From assembly GCF_009914755.1 (NCBI RefSeq), contig NC_060946.1: a DNA stretch of 64,000 nt; one strand, 5' to 3'. The stretch comes from the human T2T-CHM13v2.0 reference genome, Homo sapiens. Shown one piece after another: positions 13,217 to 27,651 of this stretch. The translations under genes and the position numbers were made by a program. A model generated the notes under the pieces. It ran no database searches. It was not told the origin of the DNA and saw only the letters and a program-made list of their open reading frames with translations. Positions within the stretch are counted from its first letter, which is position 1; the number at the start of each line of letters is the position of its first letter.

Positions 13217-14251
13217 CTGAAACACACAAAATGGAAGGTAAGCATTTAAGACTGTTTGAGGAAAGGGATGATCAGTGCATGTCAAGTTGGCTTCAGCCAT
13301 CTCTGGGGCTATTTTTGCCTATTATCAACTTCTCTTTGGAATTCCAGCTTGGGGTTTATATGAGAGAGTAACAGTAGTAGAACTAGGACACAGTGAAGAG
13401 ATAATGAGGGGCTGGGGCTGGGGGGCTTGGCAGGTGTCATGATGTTGGGAGGAGGAAGATGGAGAGGGAATGAGAGGAGAAAAAATAAATAGAAATAAAT
13501 CCTAGAGTTTGGTAAAGTGTTCTCACAGAATTACCCTGGATGACCTATCCTTCATTTAAAAAAAGAAGGCCGACTATATGTCACTCTGAACCATGCTGTG
13601 ATGCATTTTCTCAACCCTGTTTATTACTCTAGTTGTTTTAATAAAGGTATCCATGGGCTGAACTCAAATTCAACCTAGATCTTTGACTCCATGTTTGGCT
13701 ATACAATGCTGGTATTCCAGGTAAACTGAAATCCACTTTTACTCGGATTTACCATTGGGATTTTACTGGGGTTCACCAACTAAAAAAGGAAAGACATGAA
13801 ATAGTAAAATTCAAGGTACATTCCCAACTTCAGTGCATGTTTTCTGAGGCTTTAATGTGTAATAATCACCTTTAAGTTAATCAGACTTCTTAGCTAAAGA
13901 ACACCAGAATACTGTGGAACATTAGCTTAAATATTTATAAATATTAAGAGTTTCCAAATAACATTATGTTTAATGTCAACTTTATTTCTTCTTTCCCTTT
14001 TTTATATTTATAGGAATATGGCAAGTATTTTTTAAAAAGGAATAATATACGATTGCTCACTGCGAGTGAATAAAAGTAGAATTCCACATGAAAACTTTAA
14101 TCAATATTAACTGAATTTTACATATAAGCAAAAATACTCTATATTATATATTTTCTGACTCATTTGTCTTTTTATATTAAGACCCTAGCATTGTGCCACA
14201 CTATTCTATAAATATACGAATGAAAAGAAAAAGGCCAGAATTGGCCTCCTC

Positions 14252-14555
14252 TTTTTTTTTTTTTTTTTTTTTGAGACAGAGTCTTGCTCTGTCACCCAGG
14301 CTGGAGTGCAGTGGCGCAGTTTCGGCTCACCACAACCTCGGCTCCTGGGTTCAAGTGATTCTCATGCCTCAGCCTCCCAAGTAGCTGGGACTACAGGCAC
14401 GTGCCACCATGCCTGGCTAGTTTTATACTTTTAGTAGAGATGGGGTTTCACCATGTTGGCCAGGCTGGTCTTGAACTCCTAACCTCAGGTGATCCACCCG
14501 CCTCAGCCTCCCAGAGTGCTGGGGATTACAGGCTTGAGCCACTGCGTCCAGCCAC
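14252..14555 (-). mobile_element. Alu (AluS-type)
   Basis: Reverse Alu consensus. Confidence 0.95.
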
Positions 14556-14960
14556 AATTGGCCTTTTCAAAAGAATTATTGAAATTACCAGATTTAAATG
14601 ACTGTAAGCAAGACATTATTCAAGTGAAAACCTATTCACTCTGATTCAATCCAATCTCTTATTCATCATTTTATGTGCTCATAAAATGCAATGTCTCTTC
14701 AATATTCCACATAAAATTCTGGCAAAATCTAGGTTCAAATCCTACTTGAATTGTAAGAACACAAATATTCTGCAACATCAAATTACACAAATACTGTGCA
14801 ACATTTCTGCACAAATTAAGAGATTCCAACCAACCTAAATGAGAATGCTGACTGAGAATTCATTAGGAGGAACCCAACAAATTCTTCTTAGGACCTTTAA
14901 CACAATAGCAGAAGGTTTCTTGCCTACTAAACCTGAATATTAATTTAGAATAATATTTTA

Positions 14961-15574
<614 letters not shown>

Positions 15575-16050
15575 TCAATTTATAAATATGAAAACAGAAT
15601 TAGGTTAAAAAACTGGTCCACTGTCACGGAGTAAATAAAGAGTCAAACCTAGAAGGAGAACGTCTGTTTTCTGAATTCCAGTCAGAGGCTCTTTCTGTCA
15701 CAATATTTCCCTTAGATGTAAAGAAAATTTGACATTCTTTGCCTCTCCTTTCTATTTTGTTTACTTTGAGTTTTTATCAAAATTGTAGAGACTTGTTTTT
15801 GTAAGAGCAGTGAAAAGAAAATAAGAGGTAAAGTGGGAGGCAGTGGTATCATACCGATAAAAGGAGTAAGGAAAAATGCAAATTATGCTGATAAATTTGT
15901 ATCATCTATGTGAAAAGCTGGGCTAAATATATTTATTGAAGACTTTATGGGATATAGTCAATACGGATACATTTCTCCTTGATTTAAGACATTATTAGCA
16001 CATACAGCCATACTCTAGCAGTGGGTTCAAACTTTTTAAAAAAACAGCAG

Positions 16051-16350
16051 AGCCAGGCATGGTGGCTCACGCCTGTAATCCCAGCACTTTGGGAGGCCAC
16101 GGTGGGCGGATCACGAGGTCAGGAGGTTGAGACCATCCTGGCTAACACGGTGAAACCCCATCTCTACTAAAAATACAAAAAATTAGCCAGGTGTGGTGGC
16201 GGGCGCCTGTAGTCCCAGCTACTCGGGAGGCTGAGGGCAGGAGAATGGCGTGAACCTGGGAAGCAGAGCTTGCAGTGAGCCTTGATTGCGCCAGTGCACT
16301 CCAGCCTGGGTGACAAAGCGAGACTCCGTCTCAAAAAAAAAAAAAAAAAA
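16051..16350 (+). mobile_element. Alu (AluY-type)
   Basis: Alu consensus, gagaatggcgtgaac, poly-A. Confidence 0.95.
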
Positions 16351-17170
16351 ACTCCAGCAGAAACTCCCCCCTTTATTCTAGATATTAGTAAAAGCTTATG
16401 CAGAACCCTAATTGCTCAGACTAAAGTACAGCTGAGACCTCAGAATTCAATCCATTTGGTTTCCTTTTTCTCTCCCAAACTGGCTCTGCAGAACAGTCTG
16501 CAAAACCACCACTGGGCTACAGATTAAATTTATATTCCATCTCATTCAGAGACCATGAGTCTAGATTAAATTTGGTAACTGATGTAACAAATTATTCATA
16601 GAAAATTTCCTTCTCAATGAGAAAAACTTATAAACCTTACTATATAATATGTAATCATGAAACAGAAAATGATACACACACAACCATACCCATGGCTGTT
16701 ATCTCTAGGGCTAAGGAGAGCAACAGGTCCAGAATTATAAAAGTGATTAAAATATCCTCCTAATTTATTCCACTTATGCTCAGATGAATGAAAGTCAGAA
16801 CTAAAAGTAAGAGTCAGTGGGCATCCAGGGGTATTACGGACAAGTCTAACATATTAGAAAGAGCTACAGCAGCTGAAAAAGAAGGTGCTCAGGTGGGATC
16901 CAATTTGGGTTAATAGGCAACTAGATAGCATGTTTGCACTGTGTAAAAGATGAACATTACTTAGAACATAACACCTTAATAACTAAAAACTTAGCTCAAT
17001 TGTAATGACAAAGTTATTCTGTAAAAATAAAATACTCTCCCAGGTAAAGAGACTACTTCAACACAAATCAAACTGTCTTAAGACGGAAATAAAGACATTC
17101 TTAGAAGTTTATAAAAACTTCATATATTTACACAAGAATAAACACTCTTTCGAAGATTATAATTTCTTAC

Positions 17171-17231
17171 CATTTGCATATGGTGTGACCATCTTCTTAT
17201 TGGTCATTACACGTGCTGTAGCATTATTCAC
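17171..17231 (-). CDS. RBFOX2: RBFOX2 coding exon (61 nt), VNNATARVMTNKKMVTPYAN(G)
   Basis: End of RRM; acceptor ttttag|GTG, donor ATG|gtaaga. Confidence 0.97.
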
Positions 17232-19115
17232 CTAAAAATAACAAGGAGAAAAAAGGGCAGGGAAGAAGTGGACCACATTAGGGAACATAAAGTTGCACAT
17301 CCAATAACAGAGTATTTAGTTTAAAATGTAAATTTCTGAGAGCAGTGATTTAAATAATTAACACAGCAATATAAAATATTAATATATAGTATTTTAATTA
17401 AAGTTCTTATCAAATGAGGATAACAAGAGTAAAGTGAGTTTCTTGGTTTCCAAATATCAGTACTCCAAAGAAAATACATTTGCAAGATCTTTGGACATCT
17501 TTTTAACAGAGAAATCTCTGCACTAAGGAAAACACAGAAAAAAGTAAATAGGAAACTATATTAGCAATTCACTTTGAAGTCTGTTAATAAAACAGAGGCT
17601 TGCCACATGGGTTATGAAATAGATTGATGGAAAGGTGATAAAATAAATCTGATTTCACCTGTCCTAATGTTCAGCATTTTAAATATGTCTGTCAGAGATT
17701 TTTACTGTCTGAGGTAAGTAAACAAATATAGAAACCTAAGATTCCCCTGCTGACAGCCTTCAGGACCATTCTGAATTTTCTAGACTACATGGTCTATCAA
17801 TTTAAGAACAAAGCTTTTAAGAAAGCCTTTAAAGTAGGCACTTAAAAGAATTGAGAAAATAAAGTGTTTATTTATTTTGTTTTATGGTACTCTCCACCCT
17901 CATTACAGAACTGCATATTTTAAAGCATTCTCAGTGCTAGAGTAAGTAGGTGTTACAAAGATGCTGCTGCTGAAGAAAAGATGAATGGAACTAAGATGTC
18001 AGCATACTGCAGCCCAGTGACAGAACCAGTCTCAAAGCTCTTGCAAGGAGGGTAAAGCTCCACCATAGAACTTGACTTATACTGTGTTGTCAGGTCATAA
18101 AACATGCCAATTGAAAAAAGAAGCATAAAATATAAATGTCTTATTTTTGCCTCTTCAAATTTACATTGTGTTCAATTTGTATGGTAATAAATTTTTGTTA
18201 TGAAAAGACCAATTTTAGGTAGAATTAGAACTAAAAAAAAAACCTCTTCCTATGTCTTTTAAGATTTGTACAGTGATAATCCCCCATATGAGGAAAGAGC
18301 TTGAAACTCCATTTACTCTAGCTTCGCCCACCAAATAATATAAACGTTTCACATTTAAAAAGAAAGAATGGGATACAACAATGATGAGACTGAGAGCATG
18401 CAGTTAAAAAACACACACACACAAATAAAAGAAAGAAAAAACAATCAATTTTGGAAAGAGGGGAGAAACTGAAAAGCAAGGTTCTCACAGACAAGGATTA
18501 GAATGGAGCAAGAGCTGAAACCAGCTGCTGGAGCAGAAAGCAACCAAGCACTTAAAAGGAAAAATGGCCAGAACCAATCAGAAACCACCAGTCAGCAAAA
18601 GAGACCAACAGCTGCGTGTAACTGAAGGGATGGGAAAGGAAGAATAGGGAAAGGGACAGGAACAAGGATCCGGAAAAAGAGAGTAAGGTAGGGAAAAAGA
18701 AAAGAGAAAGTCAGGAAGGGTGTAACGGGCAAAGAAAGAACAGTCAGAGCTACAAACGGGGGTTTGGGAAACAGGAAAAGTAGGGAAGGATGTAGGGGCA
18801 GGAAGTGCATTAATAAAACCAGCCAAACTGGAGTTCAGTAACTCTGAGTAAGATGTGCAAGGGGAAAAAAATCACCATGAAGTCAGTAATCAAACAGCTC
18901 AGACCGCTACAAAACAATATGTACATCCAAAATCCAGGCGGCATTACTCAACAGCATTGAAAATAAAAGGGGGAAAGGAAAAGGAAGAGGAACAACAAGT
19001 CAAATCACATTTTGTAGTGTTAATGTGAGATGGCAGATGGACTTTTTCTTTCTTATTTAATTGTTTTGTAATTACATTTTTAAAAGCTTCTTCTCTAGTG
19101 CTTTTGTTCACTTAC

Positions 19116-19182
19116 CGCCAACGGGCACCATCGCCAGCATTGTGTATAGTTACCATGGAAAGAGTGAGTCAAGTGAAGGGCC
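19116..19182 (-). other. RBFOX2: Candidate 67-nt poison (PTC) exon downstream of the 93-nt RRM exon
   Basis: Pyrimidine tract plus tttag|GGC acceptor, consensus donor GCG|gtaagt; phase-0 reading GPSLDSLFPW-stop. Confidence 0.7.
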
Positions 19183-19997
19183 CTAAATGCTAAACCATTG
19201 GAAAGGAGGGGAAAAAAAGCAAAATATGCAGACATCTTACTCAAAATGGTGGCTTTTACATTTAATACTTTAAAAAATTGGGAAAGGGGAAAGGAGCCAG
19301 TTAACCTTCGATGTGTTATCAAAAAGGGCTGGTGAATACCAGGCGGTAGACTTGGTCATAATCACAGTACATTCGCCAGCCAGCCATCATACCCTCTGTT
19401 TAAGAATTTTATCCATAAAAATTTAGATACCAAAATTCTTGGTATTAGATATATTTAAAAACTACACGAGTTTTGGATTATTTCCTCCCTCCCCACAATC
19501 TCTAGAATCTTCTATTTCGTGCTTATCATGTGCACAAAGAGGCGAACTGGCCTCCCAAGAGAGAGGATATTGGCTGGCCCCTTGATTCATTATAGAACAC
19601 AGTGTTATAAACTGGATAGTTTTTAGACAATTTAACATTAGTTTTGCTTAGGCCTGATCACAGGAATTCAGAGTATTGCAAACTGAAGCAAAGGAAAAAA
19701 ATCAAGAGAGCAGAAAGATCAACATTTTGAAGGAAAAACATAAATGAAAAACAAACACACACACACGCACACACACACAGTCAAAATTAAAACCCCCAAA
19801 CAACCAATAAATGAGGAGGGAGGCAGATAGAAGTGTTACTTTTATACATTTTAGTGCAAGAAGGTGAAGAAGACAGAGATACAAACACACATACATGTGC
19901 ACACGCACACATAAGACAGGGTTCCAAATGTGAACTAAGTGAGGCAACACGAAAAAAGAGAAATAAAAATATAAACCAGAAATTGAATTATTAAAGA

Positions 19998-20248
19998 CAT
20001 GCACCTCGATTTTACGGCCCTCTACCACGGTGCCGTGTAATTTCTCCCTGGCCCTGTCTGCATCAGCACTATTCTCGAAAGTTACGAACCCGAATCCCTG
20101 CATGCAGCGGGAGAAGGGGGGAAAACATGCACATCGTTATATTGAAATACTGATCTCTTGGTAAATAGAGAAAAAATATCATAGTATGAAACTGACATCA
20201 GCAACAACTCAGCAATAATCTCCCAAAGTCACATTTTTGGTCCATGCA
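19998..20248 (-). promoter_or_regulatory. RBFOX-binding TGCATG cluster around the 93-nt exon
   Basis: TGCATG on the minus strand at 19998-20003, 20101-20106, 20126-20131 and 20243-20248. Confidence 0.9.
20005..20097 (-). CDS. RBFOX2: RBFOX2 93-nt cassette exon (RRM RNP1), [31 protein letters not shown]
   Basis: RNP1 peptide; acceptor tgcatgcag|GGA, donor GAG|gtgcat; length divisible by 3. Confidence 0.98.
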
Positions 20249-22819
20249 TATTTGTAAAGGGAAATTAAATCCAATAAAAGAATAAAGAACTGTAATAATA
20301 ATAATAATTAACAGCAATGTAACAATAATAAAATAAAACATAAAGCATATGAGGCCAGACCAAAATTAAGGTACAGAGTTACTCGGGTCAAACTATTCAA
20401 CCAAAAATCTGAAGATTTTTTAATGCCCTACCTTTCTCTCTCAATTCATGTTATTAATTTAATATACATGCCCCTTTATGTAATACTAAAAAAGACTTAA
20501 TTAAATTGACTCTCTGACATCCCAAATCTATTATTTTCCAGTAACTGCTACATGAAATCTGACATTCAGGTTCAACATTGCATAATGAGATTTTTTTTAA
20601 AGTAGGTCTAATCATTTTAGCCCCACGTTGCCTGTTGCTTTTATCACTATTAATTCCTTTGGGAACAGGATAACTTAGGGCATAGTCGGTGTACAATTTT
20701 CTATGTACTGGGTGTGGGAGAGGAGAGCATTCATGCTCTTCTAAGCAAATAAAAATATCACTAAGCAGTGGTCAATTATAACTTTTCTTCAATGCCCTTT
20801 TTAAACGACCAGATTGACACTTAGAGTAAAAATATGTTCAACTGAATTTCAGAAAACTGCTAACCCAAATTTGCCTAAATTATTCATTTATTGATGTTTA
20901 TACCTGCTATTAAAGGTAGTAGTAACTTTCTATATATAGAGAAAAAAGGAACAGTCAACAGGCAATGGGAATGAGATCTACATTAGTGACATCAGTTGTA
21001 CACTATTCAGTAGAAAAAGGATATCAGAAAACAGCAATGCAGCTGGTATAATGACTTAGGATTAATTTGTTTGTTCCTTGCAAGATACTATAAAAATGGA
21101 GTGGAGCTTTAACTCATTAAGTAGACAAATCAGGAGACCAGGGAGTTGACTACCTTCACTCCGATGTTCACGTACTACCAATTTTAACACCAGGAGCATT
21201 TACTATATACTTATATGACTTTCCTAAAACATCATATTCACTTCATTCTAGGTGCTCTGTCCTTATCGTTCTACTCTGCAGCTATAATTTTACAAATAAT
21301 TTCCATGCTGCTTATATCTGCAAAGTGGTAAAGTCTTAGGATTTTCTACAAAGTCTTCATTTGCCAATAACTTCATTGTCCTGCTAGCGTTTTTTGAATA
21401 TTCCACTGTAGGATAACCCAGAACCCTTTAATTTTAACTGAAGTTCTGCCTAGCTGCTTAATAACATGAGCACAATTCTCTCTATATAAAACATGTTCTT
21501 AACTGACACGGTAAACAATGCGCGTTGCTTAATAAAATTTTATAAAAGCAACTCCATTGTTTTGAAGGATCTGATAACTCAGCATTCTAAGTGATTATGT
21601 GGGTGGGTGGTGTTTTGGAGAATTCCAATGGATGATCTCTACCCACAATTTGGACATCACAAATACCCTTGAAAGCAAAATGCTAAGCTGATAGAGATTT
21701 TAAAACGTATGTTGCTTGGAATGAAATACTACTGGTAATTTCAGTTAATACTCTCCTAAAGAATGTGTAAGTTTGTTGAAAATATCAACAGGAACATATT
21801 TTTATAAATGAAATTTTGATATCAACATTTATAGCCACTTTGACACCACAAGGTATAAAAGGGCACATTAATAATTAGTTATACCATTTGTCATCTACAC
21901 TAGCACCTGCTGAAGACAAGCTGCCAGTTCTCTAATCCTAGTGAGTCCTCCAATAGGAAAGTCAAACTTTTAAAGAAAGGTCACAGAGTGATGAGTTTTA
22001 ATATCACACTTTAAGGGCATTTTGGCTGTATTTCAACTGGTCCTTACAGTCATATATTTTATGACTTAGGTTAAATTAATACATTGTAAATTAATAGTTG
22101 GATTACTATTAAGTTATATGAAAACTAAGACCTAGGTTTTTGATATTAGCATTATGACTATATCTACACACCCACATACAAATATACATACTAGTTTTTC
22201 TTCTTAAATATAACCATGAAGTAAAAAGAATAGACATATTGGTTTCATTTTGAAGGTAAAGAAACTGAGTCGAACTGAGATTAAGTACCCAAGGATATCC
22301 AGCTAATGGTGAGAAAATTCTAAGCCTTTTCAAATCTCAGTTCAGTATTCTATTTACTAAACTATATTAGTCCTAAAATCCTTCTATCTTTTTTCAAATC
22401 TAATTGCTAAGTATCTTCCATAACCTTCTTTTCTGAAATGTGTTGAAAGAACATTAGTGATACAATAACTGCATCCAAAAGAATGGAAGGTGGTATGATG
22501 AGCACTGCAATTTCACAGTCAGCAAATGTCAAAGTTTAACATTCATGTCTGCTTGGATAAGATTTTCTCAATAATGACTAACATTCTGGAACAAAATTTC
22601 ACTTTCAAATGTTTTAAAAGTGTTTTATAAAGAAAGATGCTTATACACCAAAGGAAATGCGAATCAAGATACCAAAAACATAAAAATAAAGCAATCTTTA
22701 TAAGCATCTTTTCCCTGGGGTGATAGGAGGAAGAAAGCCTTGTTGATGTTTTGGGACTCTTTAATATGAAACATAAAGGTAAGAAGATTTCTTTCTTTGC
22801 TTTGAAGATAAACAGACTT

Positions 22820-23325
22820 TGCAATAGGCCAAATAATGGCTTCCCAAAGTTGTCCACATCCTAATCCCCAGAGCCAGTGAATATGTTACCTTACACGGCA
22901 AAAGGGATTTTGCAGATGCGATTAAGTTAATGATCTTGAGATAGAGAGATTATCCTGGATTATCCAGTTGGGCCCAATGTAATACAGTGTTCCAACGTGG
23001 CCACTGTACTGTGCTTATAAGTGAAAAGCGGACACAGGAGAGTCCGAATCAGAGTAAAGCAGCCTGAGAAAGACTTGACTGGCCATTGCTGGCTCTGAAG
23101 ACAGAAGGGAGCTATAGTCCAAGAAATGTGGGCAGCCTCTAGAAGATAGAAAAGGGGAGAAAACAGATGATCCCTTAGAGCCTCCTGAAGAACCCAACAC
23201 GTTGATTTTAGCCTTGTGAGAGCCATTTTGGACTTCTGACCTCCAGAGCTGTAAGATAATAAATGTGTGGTTTTAAGCCACCCGACTTGTGGTAATCTGT
23301 TCAGAAGTCATAGGGAATTAATACA
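22820..23325 (+). mobile_element. MaLR solo LTR (MLT1D/C-like)
   Basis: Typical motifs gaatatgttaccttacacggcaaaagggattttgcagatg ... gacttctgacctccagagctgtaagataataaat. Confidence 0.85.
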
Positions 23326-24009
23326 TACCTCTTAGAATTAAAGTCCATGATTAGGAAAGTGAGAGGTATGACTAGAATTTTTGAAGTACTGTTCTTAAAT
23401 ACTTTTCTCTCATGTTTAAACTTTAAACAGGTGATTTTCCATCAACCCAAACATGCTTCCTTATCTATCACATTCACAATTTAGTTTCAGTAACATGAAC
23501 TCAGATCTTAAAATATTTTTAGAATATACTATTTCTTCAATAAAATTTAGCATTTTAGAAAAGGTGCCAGAAACAGTGCTAAAGATGTTCACAGATTATC
23601 CAGGTTTAAAAGTTATCAGTAGAAAAGTCTGCTTACATGAACTCATGTTTTGTCACTTCACTCTTAGAAATTGAATTGACATTAAGTTGGTCATTCTGAT
23701 CTCTTGCTTTGGAAAAAAAAGTCAGTAAAATTATGTCTAAATCTAAAGTATTTTCCTTAGAACAGCTTCCAAATGATCATACAACCTATCAAACACTGAA
23801 CCAGTCTACACCGGTATAATATATGTAACAAATAGATTATATAATCTGTAACAAACAGATTTAATCTCAAATTCTGAACAAGAGGAAATATTTCAGCTAT
23901 GTAAACAGATGGAGAATTTTTGTTATCTAAACTTCTATTCATAAAATCAGATTTTAAAAAAGTAAACTTTAATTTTTAATTAAAAAATGATTTTGACATG
24001 TTTGTCTAC

Positions 24010-24315
24010 ACTAGCACTGCAGACAGAAATATAATACAAACCACATATATAATTTAAAATTTTCTAATAACCACATTTAAAAAGTAGAAACAGGTGAGAT
24101 TAATTTTAACAATGTATTTTATTTAACCCAATATAAACACATATTATTAACATTTCAATATGGTATTAATATTAAAACATTATTAGTGAGATGCTTAACA
24201 TTCTTTTTTTGTGCTAATTCTGAAATCTGGTGTCCATTTTACCCTTACAGGCACACCTCCGTTTAAACTCTCCAAATTTCAAGTGCTAAATGTGACCACT
24301 GTGCTGGGCAATGCA
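24010..24315. mobile_element. hAT-Charlie MITE (MER33/MER3-like)
   Basis: aatttaaaattttcta...ccacatttaaaaagtagaaacaggtga; tttcaagtgct motifs. Confidence 0.65.
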
Positions 24316-24678
24316 GGTCTCTACACTTTATACTCCTCTAAGTTTGCAGTCCTCAGAGCCCTTCTATATTAAACATTTAAACACACCAGTGTTACATTAG
24401 TGATTTACCAGGTATCTTAGCTGACTTCTGGAAATTGAAGAATGGTGTATTTATTAGGTGTATGGTTGTAGTTAAAACTTCTACAAAGTGTGACAGCAAT
24501 TTCACAGCCTGCCTTTACATCATCGAGGACATATAGGAGCCAAGTAACTGTCACCTTTTTAGTCTGGCCTCAGACTGCAATAAATAACTAGCAATAGAAT
24601 GAACATTGTAAAAATATTATTAAAATTTGTATAATTTTTGAATTTTTCGATCTCAGAAGAATGAGAAAGAAAATTTAC

Positions 24679-24719
24679 CATGTAACTTTTAAGGGAGAAA
24701 TCAAAAGCAGACAGATCTC
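24679..24719 (-). other. RBFOX2: Candidate 41-nt frameshifting cryptic exon upstream of the 93-nt RRM exon
   Basis: Long U-rich tract, cccag|GAG acceptor, ATG|gtaaat donor. Confidence 0.45.
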
Positions 24720-25179
24720 CTGGGTATGGCCAGAACACAGAAATTTAAAAATAAATAAAAAAAATATAAAACTAAAGCCCATAATGGTAACAAAAGAAAA
24801 AAAAAAAACAAACTAAGCCCTTCAGAAACACATGCACTGTTAATTCTGTTTTAAATATAATAAAAACCATTTCACTTTGACATTACCTATTAAGTTTTAC
24901 TGAAAGTCAAAAGGCCTACTTACTGTGACTTCCAAAAAAGTATTTTGATAATATTTTGAAAGAAATAAATAATTTCCCTTTGCATGAAATTAAAAGCCAT
25001 GATAATAGGGAAAACATTACAGCAAATTACTTGTGTCTAAGGAATGGGAATAGAAGTTTTATCTCCCCTAACTACAGCCTAAACTTAAGCCCAACCTAAA
25101 CCTAGATCCCCATTATTCCAGAAATCTACCTGAGAGAAGTAATGAGAACACATTAAGTAAACATTTGCTAGAATAATTA

Positions 25180-25330
25180 GAATGTTCCTAGCATAAAGAA
25201 AAGATAAATATTTAAGGTGATGGCTATCCCAATTACTCTGATTTGATTATATGAATGTATCAGATTATCACATATACCCTGAAAATATGTACATCTAATA
25301 TCTATCAATTTTTAAAAAAGAAAAAAAATT
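25180..25330 (+). mobile_element. L1 3' end fragment (L1MA/PB-like)
   Basis: aggtgatggctatcccaattactctgatttgatt...aaaatatgtacatcta and A tail. Confidence 0.75.
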
Positions 25331-27283
25331 GCTAGAAATCTAAATAATTATTGCTGGGCTGTATAATATTTGTAGTCCTTTAGTAGACTTAATAATGAGC
25401 ACTATCTGAAGAGCTGAACAACTTCAGCATATTCAATATTTTAATACATATCCATTCAATAGAGGATATACCAAAGTATTTTGGCAAAAACTTATAGAAA
25501 ATGTAAATGTTACAATCTGTGTATTTCTTTATTTAATAAGCTTGATAATTATCACCAAAAATTGTTATGTGGTTGGATGATGGTGAGTAAGATGGTAGAA
25601 AGTCTGACCCACAATGGAATAACTTTTGAATAAAACAAGTTCTTAATCACTAAAAGTTTCTAGCAGAGAATGCAAGGTCAAGAATACAGGGGGCTGAACT
25701 AGGTGACCATTTTGGGTTATGTTTTAAGGTTCTATATGAGAAAATAAGACTAGAAGGATACATGAGAATATCACTAGTGCACATTTCTCTTTAATAAACT
25801 ATGTATTTTTTTCTTTATACTTTTCATTAAGCATCATGTTTTCCTTTTCAAAGACTGCTTTTTTAAGATGTTACCCAAAGCATATATAAGGAGAGTAAAT
25901 AGTTTATCATTCAAACTGGGACATTCTGAGAGAGAAAGGGGTCATTTATTAATAATTATGCTAAGATAACAGGTGTAAATTGAGGCTAGCCTGGATAAGC
26001 CAGGAAATATGGTCACTCTAGGCATTATCTTATTATTTGTGTTAATAATCTGTCATTACTGGTGAAATCTGGAGAATTAACAAAGCTACATAAACTCATA
26101 TAATAATTTTCTAGGTTCTATATGAATAAATTAGTTAATTTTTTGGCAGGAATACCACTTTCCATCATATATCTTAATAGTACATTTTTAAAAGCCTAGT
26201 CTATCTCTGTTTCAGTTAATCAAAGAAACTTAGATACAGGTGATTCTATGTTTTTATAAAGGATTAGGGAGTAAAAAGACTAAAATTCACATGAAATAAT
26301 TTAAATATATATGTATGCACGTGTGTGCACAAATATGATATATATTCATTCTATAATCTAAGTAAGCCAAATCTAGAATATGAAGGCAAAAGAAGGAAAA
26401 AAGGAAAAAACTAGTCAACAACTAAGAAAAAACTACTATAGAGTAATTCTACTTTAAAGGCAAGCTGGAAAAAGAAGAATACTGGCAGACAAGGAGGGCA
26501 TGAGCATGGCAGTGGAACACCGTTTACTTATGTTTTCAAATGGGTATATCCTAAAACCCTGGGTGATGGTCTTATTATACAAAATAAGATATGGTATGGA
26601 GTTGCTTTTTGCTTTGGAACAATTTGATTAAACCCTGTTTTACATTAAGTATTGCTATCTTAGAGTTATTTTGTGACTAGTTTTTCCATTACTGCTCTAA
26701 AAAAATTCAATAAAGCTAATTTCTGTACAGAAAAGCACTCTGTTTAAAAGTTAGAGGAACTCTTAGCTAAACAATAGGACTATATAAAGCCTCCTTTTCT
26801 CTGGTTATTTTCAAAATACGCTGTAATTTTACAGTCAACCCCAAACATATAAAAGGATTAAGAAACTAAACTTAATTCACAAAACAAAAAGTGCTCATTA
26901 ATTTCTCTTAGGTGGATCCCAGAGGAGGCATCCATGGGTTTGATTCCAAAATAAATCTCTATTAGGAGCCTCAGAACAGTTCCAAGGGCACCCATTCCAG
27001 CAAATAACTTTAGGTAGCAGTTAAGAAAGCTTCGAAGGACAAAAACAAGGTTTTGTATCAGTCCTTGAAGGCAGATTCAGGGCAATTCTGAATTCTATGC
27101 TTTGTTTTTAAAACATTTACCAATTAGTACACAGTCTGTGCACCCTTTAGCAGCCCAAAGAAAAATGGGGCAGTGAGGACACAGCATCAAGCTGACAGAA
27201 GCAGCCTATGCTTTTAGATTTCTCAAAGAGAAAGCTCATGTCATTACTTTCAAATGAGTTACATGAGAGAAGTAATTGGATCA

Positions 27284-27651
<368 letters not shown>

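Noticed and set aside
13407-13430. G-run clusters (also 3147-3175) as G-quadruplexes
   Set aside because: They lie on the template strand, so the RNA is C-rich; such motifs are common and have no further support
19702-20103. 133-aa ORF starting MQGFGFVTF as a stand-alone gene
   Set aside because: Only 20005-20097 is exon; the ATG belongs to the TGCATG in the acceptor and the tail is intron
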